A stretch of 64,000 bases of DNA from Botryllus schlosseri (taxonomy: Eukaryota), in the NCBI GenBank assembly GCA_051294905.1, contig CM119384.1:10106001-10170000 (forward strand). The letters run 5' to 3'. The position numbers were made by a program, and so were the translations under genes. Each line of letters starts with the position of its first letter. Position 1 is the stretch's first letter. Under the pieces are notes generated by a model that was not told the DNA's origin, made no database searches, and saw nothing but the letters and a program-made list of their open reading frames with translations. Positions 46,765-58,200 of this stretch are shown in pieces.

Positions 46765-48190
46765 TCATATAGTCGACATCTGCACTGCTATATCTGCAAT
46801 TGATGCTTGTATGCGCGGAAAAAAACTGTTCCTTCCATGATGCTGAATTTCAGTATTCATATATCTTATTAATATTTTGTGAAGGAGCAATATGTAATGA
46901 TGGTAAGATATTGAGATATATTGAAAGGCTCTGCTATTTGTAATGCTTTTAATACGAGTATGGTGTCGTTGGTTAATTATGATGCTACCGCCAGAGGTGT
47001 AGCCAAGCAAAGAATTCGGGTGTCGAAAACTTTTGTGAATATATATATGATTGCAGCATCGCAACGTTGAAACTTCGTAGATGTTATAGCCCATGCTGCT
47101 ACATCTGTGACAATTACACGCATACTGGTAGCACAGCAAATGATTTTGTTCATATCGGAAGAGACACGATTGCTGACATGCCTTATTTTAAGAAAAAGTT
47201 GCTCTACGCTAGTTTCATTCCAAAATATTGGCTTGTGTGCTCGTATTTGGGAAAACCTAAGGTGCAGCCCATTTCTTTTGAATGCTGCTCATCTATTTTT
47301 TCCAACGCGCATTCAATGTCAATGCTTACAGTATATATACCTATGAATTATTATGTACTTTCTATAGCTTTTATGCATTACTTTTGCTTTTTATATGCTA
47401 TAACCTGTGTCGGTGGGTTTTATTTAGGTACGAGTCCGGGCGTGAACTATATCCTAGAATCCCATGGGCATTTGAAATCGAGTTCTTTTTCGATTTCTGT
47501 AACCACGTCAATGAAATCGTACCGATATTGACTTGCATCAAACCAATTCTGTATGCATTGTCATTGTCAGTGAGGGGTAAAAAATATTGTGTATGTATCT
47601 CAACTGTAATTGCAACGTTCTCTTCACATGTTAATGTTGGTGACTTGTAAAATAGACAAATGAACCGTTTAAATCAGCAAATTGAGTTTGAACCGAATTT
47701 TCAATCGTATTTAGGCATCGCGTAGGCAATCTCAGGCTTGAAAAACAGTAGTGTAAATAAGCAAATCTCAAATAATTTTCATTATTCTGTGTGTACTTCT
47801 CGGTGAATGCAACACTTTCTTAATTGTTGATAATCTCTATTCAAATTTTTGTGATTCTCTGTCAGTGTTATCAGAACCACGATTGTTAGGTGGAAGTTGG
47901 CTGCAGGACTGTGGGTTAGAGTGCGACACCAGTTTCTGTACTTGAACATTATTGGCAGTGACAGCTAATTAGCGCAGCATTTTGAAACTGCTTGAAAAAT
48001 ACTGGATGCGCATGGCTCTGGAAAGTGTTGACACTTCCTTCATTGTACGGCCTATAGTATGTACTTTCAAACCATAGCATTTTCCTTTCGACAGAAAGTT
48101 CGGGAGATAGGAACTGGGATAGTACTAGACATGAACAACATAGTACTAGTTCACAGCAGCAATTGCCTCATCTCATCATAAGCAGTAGGA

Positions 48191-48490
48191 TAGGGTTACC
48201 ATATTTTGGAAATCTGAAAATGACACTTTTTCAAAATCTTCAGACTTGCAAAACCGGAGAAAAATTTTATTTTCACATTAGCAGGTGGTTGACTAAAAAA
48301 TAAAGGTCAATTTTCCGGCCCAGCTCCTGAAATACCCGACGCAGCGTTGCTTCAGTGCTGATTTGCTGTCTAAGTCGATGTTGCCATATATTTAACCAAA
48401 ATCTCATAAGATAGGACATTTGGCCGTCCCGAGGACACTTTCGAAAAAAGAGGGACAAATCCTCATAAAAGAGGACGTATGGTAACCCTA
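48191..48490. mobile_element. Non-autonomous hAT element (family C), 300 bp, between the convergent CLINT1 and CHSY 3' ends
   Basis: TIRs TAGGGTTACCAT / ATGGTAACCCTA and 8-bp TSD CAGTAGGA. Confidence 0.93.
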
Positions 48491-49219
48491 CAGTAGGAAT
48501 CAACGTTACCACGTAGTTACCAATCTTTTAACACTCATATAAATGACGACCACCCAGTTCCATATCACCCGAAATAAACAGTAATGATTTTAGCAATTGC
48601 TATACCCATAACCACGTCATCATTTTCTGAATCCCAAGCTTCACAAACAAAAACGCATGATAGGTTATTTAATCAAAAACAGTGCGGCCGTGGTAAAGCA
48701 TTGAAGAGTTCACAAAGCAAGATTCTCTATAGAAGGTGGATTCAGTGATAAGCTAGACACACATAGTTCTATAAATATCTAAAAAATAAAACTTTATATA
48801 GGCCAAGTTCATATGAACTGAGGAAAGTAGAGCAGAAGAAGTACAGGAGATTTACAAGACAATGCACACTGTGCGTTGTTGCCACCTACGTGATTTCACT
48901 GCAACAATTTATCAATAACTTGGCAATAGGTTGTGGTTACAAAAACTCAGAAAAACTACAAACTGTTCGAGTTGAGTTATGTTATTGAAAAAAAGTTCAG
49001 ACGGTGGAGCAAAGCGTAGTGCGAATGTATCTTTACAGAAGAGTTTGCAACAATCTACACATTATACACCATCACATACAAAGTACCCGCAAATAACTTG
49101 AAGATGGCCGCGAAGTTCAACAAAAAATATTGCATACGATACACATATTAACCGTCGCACATCAAGTTTGCTGTGCATATTTTGAGAGACTAGATGTGCA
49201 GTGCACCGTATAGTAGGCG

Positions 49220-52200
49220 TTAGGTAAGAGTGACGGACTGGCTTTTGTTACGCTGCCACATGTCCGCGAGGCATCTCTGGCTTGCAAAATGACTGGCCTT
49301 AGTTCGATAGCAAGCGTCCGACTGCTCCTTGGGAATGTCGGGGTCACAGTACTTTTGGTGGAAGATATGTATCAAGTCGACTTGCCGTGACCTGAACACG
49401 TCTATCCCGGACTTGATCAAGGAGAGAAACAACCTGATGTCTTCCTCCCCCCAGCCTTCTATCGACAAGTCAAAACCACCGGTCCTTATAAAGTCGGACT
49501 TGTGCATGCACGCTATGCCAAAGCCGAAGTCTCGCCAGAAGCCTCTGTTGGAATTCAGCGTCAAGGGAGTGTGTTTTATCGCGTCACGTTTTTCCCGTAT
49601 ATCGACAGCTCTTCTGTTTGCGAATTCATTGCCCGCAACCTCAGAACCATCGTTGTAACAAAGTTTTTCAGGATCGTATTGACTGAACGATACCGGGTAC
49701 CATACCGCACTGCCTTGTTCCGAAATCGCTTGGCATTGCTCGGCAAGGTTTGGCGTTACAATCATATCCACGTCCATAAAGAACAAAATATCGTTCTCTT
49801 CACCGATTAGCGAGCCCAGTTGGATACCTGTAAGACAGAGTGCATTGCAGCTTTCGGCTTATGTTGAATTGCGGCAGTATGGGTACTAGTTATAAATAAT
49901 TGAATGCACAGCAACAGCAGTTGGATGCATTTGGAAATGGACACTGTTGAAAGCACACGAACACAAAGTCCACTCGATGAATCTTTAAAATCATCTCCAC
50001 GGTGTTTAAGCATATAAGTGAATTTTGCGTTAACACTGTGATATTAAACAACTGCAAGGAAATCTATGTTCTGTATGTGCGATATGTGCAGCCTTCTCAC
50101 CACATAACACCTTGGTGACAAGTATGTTCGATATGGTATGCTTACGAGTGATAGACCGATATGTTTCCTTGGTTTGGAGCTGTCCTAGCAAAAAGTAAAA
50201 CTCCATTGAGAATATCAGCGATGCTATAAAATGCACCGAGGAAGACATACCTGTCATAATTCTGATTAAAATCATGACAAACCTGACCTCTAGGCCTATC
50301 ACTCATTCAGGAAGTCATGCTATGCATGATGAATACATTTTATAACAGCAAATTTTAGTACGTAGATTTTACTGATAGGCCAACTGCTATCTATCAGTTT
50401 TCAATTTCGCTATGCTCGAGTAGAGCAGTGGTTCTCAAACTGAGGGGGCCGTGAAGGCATCTGAAGGGGTGCCCGAAGCTGCGGTGAACTGAAATTTTTT
50501 ACATGCAATTTACCTCCATTACGTAGTTTTTAATCTGTGAATAGTCTGAATTTCATATTTCACAATTTTCCCATGAACAGTCCTAACCTTCCATGCACCC
50601 AACTATCCGTTGGGATTGCTAGGATTCTGGTTGCATTTTGTGATATGACGATATAGGGGGCGCAAAATTTTACAGTATCATAAAGGGGGAGCGGGGCGTG
50701 TCTAAAAAAGTTTGAGAACCACTGGAGTAGAGCTACTGCTCTATTCACTAACAGAGTGACTTAGACCAGGTGTCCAACCCACTGCCCAAGACCAAATGTG
50801 GTGCAATACTCCAAGAGGTTACTTTGTGTGACCTCAGACACCGTATTCTGCCACTGGCTGTGTTTCCAGATTAATGTTGCTTATGGAAGAAGTACTTCTA
50901 TTCGTACTTGAGTAGATTTTTTCGTCACTACTTCTACTTGAGTAGCTTTCTTGACTACTTTGACCACCTCTGTGTAATAGTGACTGGAGTTAAAACTCAA
51001 CACCGCTGTCAGACGGTGATAATACGGCCTATGAACATCTTCGACATTTGCTGTCTCGAGGGACTATTTACAGGAAAGTATTTCTTACTAAAATTCTCAG
51101 GATTGTCTAGAAATGTGCTAGATAACACAATAATTTTTCCATTTAATCAGAATTGCAGCGCGGGCCTGATGCGGGCTTTATGTGTGCCTTGTTTGCGGGC
51201 TTTATGCGTGCCCTGTTTTAGATTATATCAAGTTACATCGGCAGAATATATCTGGTTCGTTATGCTGACGTAGAACAGGAATTGGAGCATCAAACCAAAT
51301 CTCAACTTTAAAATCCTAAATCAGTGATTTTTTCTGGCTATCAAAAGAAGCCACTGGGATAAGCACGTAATGGCAGCAGCAAGTGACCACCAAAAACAAA
51401 CTCACCCGCCCCTCTCGAGAAACCCCTGTCCCCCGTGGAAGCGACATGATACCGGACGAGCTCCGCCCCGTAAGTGCTCCGGTAGCTTTTCAACAGATGC
51501 GCGGAAGCCAAATTCAAGCCCAAATCGTCCCCTCGATCGTCTTTTCCCAAAAGCACGATCGCCAGCTGCACCCCAAGACCGCCGCGAAGCTTGCCGTCGC
51601 TTAGCTGCGCCGGCTTTAGAAAATCTCTCTCGTACCTTTCCATAAAGAGCTCCAAGGCTCTGTACCGTCCTTGCAAGGGCATTACGAAAATAACTTTGCT
51701 CTCTTTTCGATATGGAGGTACCACTGGCGTGTCGCCGCCCGTGTTTTTATGTGATGCATCCTTGTCGCCTCCTGTTAATATATCATTCATTGCACGTTCC
51801 AGTATACCTTTCGAAGGCGCGAGGGCCTTCCTCAGCGAATCGTGTCTCTCCGTGATCGTTTCCTCTTCGTGCATCATGACGGCGCCGTACGACGCTTGCG
51901 ATATCGTCCGGCAAAACTTGATTGTGGACCCGGCCGATGAGCGGTGTACGGTAACGGCGCGAACCCCCTCTAAAGATCCGATCTGCATGTAGCCGTAGTT
52001 GAGCTGCACGTTTGTGGGGAAATTCGGACACGATATCTGCATTAGGTTGCTCTCAATGTCTACCAACGCGTTTCCTATCGCTTGCTTCTCAACCGACGAA
52101 TGACCTGGTCAAAAATGTGATATGTAAGTTGTATCGCAAGCAGTTGGTGAACGACTGAATGTGTGCTCGAGTTCAACAGCAAGAAAAAACATAATTTGAA

Positions 52201-55200
52201 ACCGTACGAGCCTGTTTGAGTGTTTGCTATCACTTCTTCTCCGTCGACGAACGACCTGTTCAAGCCAGCCATATGAAAGTTGTATTGAAAACAGTCGGTG
52301 AACATGAACGACTAAAAGGATGTTTGAGTTCAAGAGTAAGATATAATATAATTTGAAATCCTATAGGCAGAGTTTTTTAACCTTATGGACGCGATCCTTG
52401 ACCGGAGGTGAATTACACTTGAAGAGACTCTTGGAGGCACTGAACCTCTATGCACAATTGTATATTCGTAATTAATAGGGCAAGTTTTTGTTGCACTAAA
52501 AACCTGAGAAAGTTGCATTTATTTTTTCAATTTTAACAAAAGTTGAAGAAGTTGTGTCGTAAACTGACTATTGCGTTGAATAACTAACTGAAGCTTTATT
52601 AAAGCAAAGGTAACCAATGTGGCTTTAAGCAACATAGAACACAACTGACAGCAGAACAGAAGAGAATAGAATGACACGGTAACGATAAGGCGATACTGTA
52701 CTGTACGACGGAACTAATCAGATGAAAGTAATTATTGCCTAATTACGGATCACCACATTCTACCCCCCTTTCATTTTGTAAATTCACATAGAAGAATGAC
52801 ACAAAAACATCAATGACTAACAAAATTACCATACCGATCCGGCTGGCGCCTAACTCTAGTTGAACGCCGAAGCTCGACGTCTAGATTTCTACTCGACTCA
52901 TCTGGTGCATCCTCTGAATGGTTAGATTCTTGAGGCTCTTCATCAGATGACTTCAACTCAACGTTACAAACTTCGCGACTTGGCTCGTGGCCATCGATAT
53001 CAACAGAACAAGGTTCAGCTTGTTTCGTTTCAGGATTAGTCGATGGTGTTTCTTCTCCAGTAGGAAAACGGGCCAAATCGTTGAGTGAGACGTTTGACTC
53101 GCGGCCGTTAGGAAAACGAACAATGCGTAAGTCGGGTTGGCTTCAAGAAGTTCGACCTCAGAACATAGTTCGTCGCCCTTGTTTCTGACGAATTTGCGTA
53201 AGAAAACTGGCCCCGGTGTCAATAGCCAGGATGGCACGCTATTCCCCACCATACTTTTTCTTGGAAAGGAAGAAAATCGGTCATGCGGTGTTGAATTAGT
53301 TGACGCGCAAAGTAGCGATCGAACTGAATGTAGCGCATGAGGAAGGGCGTCAGCCCAACATGATTCTGAGACTCCGGTTGATTACAAAATGAGTTTGATA
53401 GTTCGCCATAATGTTTGATTAGGGCGTTCGCACTGCGAATTTCCTGTTGGGTGGTAAGGCGTAGTGAAGCTAGTTGCAACCCCGCGAGAATGTAAATAAT
53501 CCTTGACTTCCTTGGACACGAAAGCGGTGCCTCGGTCACTGTGAACGTATCCCGGAAGTCCAAAAACAGCGAATAGTGTCGACAAACACGAAACGACGAT
53601 TAGCGCGGAAGTGTTGCGACATGGAAAGGCGAACGGAAAACGACTATATTCGTCTCTGACAACGAACATGAAACGGGATTTGTTAGATTTCAAAGGCCCT
53701 TTGAAGTCTACGTTGATTCTTTCCCAAGGTTTCGTTGCTTTCACAAGCACTTGCGGATTGCATTTGTAAAAATTTGGTTTGATCTGAGCACAAATGCGGC
53801 AACGAGCGCAGGTCTCACGGACGTCATTTAGGGAGAACGAGAGATTTTTCGAACGAACGAAATGATGCAGCCTTGTGGCTCCTGGATGACCCAGAGTGTC
53901 GTGTATGCGATTTAGATTAGAACCCAACTCACAGGGTGAAATCGATGCGCAATACGAAGATGTGGTCCGCGAAAACATATCAGTCGCAACATTCAGTGCC
54001 CCCGGTTTGTGTACGATATCATACGAAAATTGACCAAGTTCGACACGCCACAGCTGGATTTGGTATTTTTGATTTTACCTTTAGATTTGCCGTCAAACAT
54101 GAACGCGACAGATCTTTGGTCAGTAACAAGAGTGAAATGTCTGCCATGTAAAAAATGAGCCCATTTACGAACTGCCGCGATAATTGAGGACGCTTCTTTC
54201 TCAACAGAGGAGTAGCGTATTTCACTTGGCGATAGTGCTTTTGACATGAACGCGACCGGTCGACCGTTTTGACTGAGGATAGCTGCAATGGCTGCATTGG
54301 AAGCATCACACTCTATTGTGAACGGACTTGTCTCGTCAATCCTACCAAGAGACGCGTCAACTGACCCGCGTTTTAAATCGTTAAATGAGATACATGCATT
54401 TTCGGAAAGCGGAAATTTTTCGACTGAATACAAAGGACGGATTTTGTCGGAAAAGTTGGGCAACCATTTGGCATAGTAGGCAAACATACCACACACTCGT
54501 TTTAGTTCTGGGTTGTTGCGTGGCGGCAATAAATCGATTAACGGCTTTAGTCTTTCTGGGTCCGGTTTGATCACGCCATGCGACACGCGATAACCGAGCA
54601 AGTCTATTTCCGTAGAACGCATGATCGACTTCGAATGATTGAAAGTGAGGCTGAATCGCTGAGCGACATTGAGAAACGAGTCGAGATTTCGATCGTGGTC
54701 GTCCTTATCCATATTGCAAACAGTAATATTATCGAGATAAGCGAATGTGCCGGTGAGCTTGTTGTCTTTTATGACGTTGTCTATTATTCTTTGAAATGCC
54801 GAAACTCCGTTGGTGACTCCAAATGGCAATCGACGGTATTGGTAAAGATCTCCAGCGGCTTCGAATGCCGTATACGGACGATCATCAGGTGATAGTGCCA
54901 CTTGATAATACGCGGACTTCAGATCTAACGTACTGAAAACTTTGAAACGGGCGATGTTGTTGACTTGGTCATCGATCCTTGGTAAAGGATAGGCGTCTAG
55001 TAAGGTATACCTGTTGACCGTCTGAGAGAAGTCGATGACCATGCGCTTCTTGTGTCGACCGTCATTTACAACAAGAACCTGTGCTCGCCAAGGCGATGAG
55101 GACGGCTCGATGATTCCTTCCTTCTCGAGTTTAGCAACTTCCGCTTTAATGAAATGTAGATCGGCTTCGCTGTATCTTCTGGATTTAGTGGCAATCGGTT

Positions 55201-58200
55201 TACAATTCGGTGTCATAAACTTGAAAATTTGCGGTGCTTCGACACACGCTTGAGCAACTCCGCATACACTGTACTTCTGATCTCGAGGGAGTTCCAAGGT
55301 ATCTTTATCTCCGTCCATATTGAAAATGACCCGTTTATGCAAGTTCATGAAATCGAGACCAAGCACCACATCAGCGCATAAATCTTCCATCCCTTTAAGA
55401 GGGAATTCCGTATATTTCGTTTCGTTTACAAGAATGACCGGTCTGTAGAGTTCTTCAATCTTGCGGGAATGGGATTTAGAAGCAAATGTAACCGTAGAGG
55501 AGTACGGAGTGGATTTCAGGTCAATTTCGTTGGCGTATCCAGTGCTTATGAAGCTTTCCGCGGAACCGGAGTCGATTAAAGCAAATGTTATGTGGCAGCC
55601 GATCTTAACCACGATTCTTGCTTTTATGAGACATTTGGGTACTCCGATGGCGCTGAAGTATGAGATCATTGCAGTTACTGTTTTCCTGTTGTCGGTGGCC
55701 TTTCTCATGCAAACCACTTCATAATGACCTAGGACTCCACAATAGCCACACTCGCTCCGTTTCGCTGGACATTTATATCGGGAGTGGAATGACTGACCGC
55801 AAAAAAAGCACTTCCGATCAGGTTTGATTGTTTTGCTCATTGCGTTGAGTTGACTGTGAGTTTCTGTGGATGATAGTTCGACTTCGGGATTCAAAGATTT
55901 TTCCAGCGGTTCGACGCCGACAGATGAACATGGAGTGCTGCAATAGATACTAGAGCTTCGCTGGGCGAATTCTAATGAGCGGGCTTTTGAGATCGCCATT
56001 TCGAGGGTTACAGCCCTGTCACTTTCTAATAATCTCTGTCTGCTAACGTTTGATCGGAGACCAGTAACGAAAGCGTCGCGGATGGACTCCTTGCGATGAT
56101 CTTCCGCCGAGATAGTCTTGAATGTGCAATCTTTCGCCAGATCTGCCAAGGCGCGGGAAAATTCCTCGATCGTCTCTTCGGGCTTCTGAATACGGGTTAC
56201 TAGCATGTGGCGGACGAAGATTTCGTTCTTTTGCTTGATATAAATTTTGTCGAGAAGTTCTATTGCGGTATCGTAAGTCGAACTTTCTTCAAAATAGGAA
56301 TAGACAGACGACGACACGAAATTTGTTAAGATCTTAAACTTGTCGATCTGTGTATCTTGATCAAATGATGAAAGAAAATTATCGAAGGTCTTCTTCCAAT
56401 GCTTATACTGTTTTTCAGCAGAGGCGGAGTCCGGACTGATATCGAGCTTGTCTGGTTTCAGAATCCTTTGTGCCATAATTCTATGTTGCTTAAATTGTCG
56501 TAAACTGACTATTGCGTTGAATAACTAACTGAAGCTTTATTAAAGCAAAGGTAACCAATGTGGCTTTAAGCAACATAGAACACAACTGACAGCAGAACAG
56601 AAGAGAATAGAATGACACGGTAACGATAAGGCGACACTGTACTGTACAACGTAACTAATCAGATGAAAGTAATTATTGCCTAATTGCGGATCACCACAAG
56701 TTGCATTTTGGCCACATTTTGCTCGGGTGACTAAAAAAAAAGGCAATTTTCCGGCTCAGCTCCCGAAATACCCGTAAAAGCGTTATTTCGGTGCTGATTT
56801 ACGGTGTTTCAGTTGAATTTGACTGTGTATTTCACCAAAATCTAAAATACTTTCATGAAAAAAATGGACAAAAGTTGCACTATAAGATTCCTTCAACGGG
56901 CTTAAAACAGAATTCTACATATCTTACGAGTATTTAGGAAGCTGCCGGAAGCTGTAAAAAAAAGTTGCAAAAACTTGCCCTAGTAATTAACTAACCCGAA
57001 TATGTTCGGCTGACAATTGTCAGGGATGATCGACAGCAATTAGTTCAAAATTGAAAATAACATTGTATATTATTCTATATACTGGTTGTTGATTACACTT
57101 GTGGTTTAAATATCAATAATTATAACAGAAACAGCATGAAAAGGACTGTCGCATATGGAGCGGGTCAGAATTTACTCAAGGTTGAATCCAACTTCGGCAA
57201 CTAGGAAATACTCGAGATTGCCATTACTGTTCAGACTGTGTGACACGAGACAAAATTCCTCTGTCGTCACATTTATACACCAGAAACCGGTAGCTAAGGC
57301 CCGGCGGAAACAAAAATCTACTTCTCCCGAATGCTTCACCTCAGTGATGTTTCAAACAAACAGGATTCAATATCATACAAACATCGACTAAAAAAAGTTC
57401 ACTTCAATTACGTAATCACAATATATCCTTTTACACCAGCTTCACTTCAACTAAAGGAATTTGGTAGATTTGACCATCAAACACCATTCAGATAGACTCA
57501 TTAAATTTTGGTATCACCGGTAACAAATATCAAAAAACAAGTTGTGAAGACCCCTCATCCTCTATGCTGGAATTGAGCGTATCCAAGGATTTACGAAGCG
57601 TGAACGTGATCTACGATACAAACGTAATTTATTTCGAGAGAAACTTGATTATAACTCTTTTTTTAAATTGAAGCTTGATATTGACCTATTCAACACCGTT
57701 GGTTTATTAAAAAATATTTGATCGCAGTGCACCAAGAGCTGGATAGCTTTTATTATTAATTACCCTTCGTCATTGCTCCAAAGTCAGAACATCAAGATGC
57801 TTATTGCACCGTATTGCCTGTGTAAAACATATAACATCTGTAGTATTCCTTATATTAATGACAATGTTCATACGTCAAATTGAAAGGTGCAACCAAGGCA
57901 TTCTGGAACCAATAAATGAATTTTTTACTGGCTTATCAGCCCGACAAGCATGCTGGTCATATTTCATTGTTCACCAATTTAGCAACTACAATCTGAAGTG
58001 TTTTCAGTGAGTTACAGCACGGTAGCATTTTATAGTTATTTTGCAATTATTTGTCGATCAACCGCCAATGAGATAACAGTATGGGTGCTCAGTTCCAATC
58101 CATCACACCAAGTATACAGGATTGGTTAGCAAAATTTCAGAAAATGGACAGCTCATGATAATCATTACTTGCCACTACGAATACCAAGAACCAGGAACGA

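Larger units (their letters stand above)
52555..56698 (-). mobile_element. Ty3/Gypsy LTR retrotransposon, 4144 bp, Mag-like gag with two zinc knuckles, in CHSY intron 6
   Basis: Two 203-bp TG...CA LTRs with 4 differences, a 5-bp TSD AGTTG (52550-52554 and 56699-56703), a polypurine tract, and domain order gag-PR-RT-RH-IN. Confidence 0.97.

Noticed and set aside
46765-47650. ORFs of 79-154 aa downstream of CLINT1
   Set aside because: AT-rich 3'-UTR-like sequence with non-ATG starts and no recognisable motifs.
54040-54070. Frameshift between RNase H and integrase as programmed ribosomal frameshifting
   Set aside because: It falls inside the RNase H C-terminal motif rather than at the gag-pol boundary, and the copy has another frameshift and a nonsense codon. 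Decay or sequencing error is more likely.
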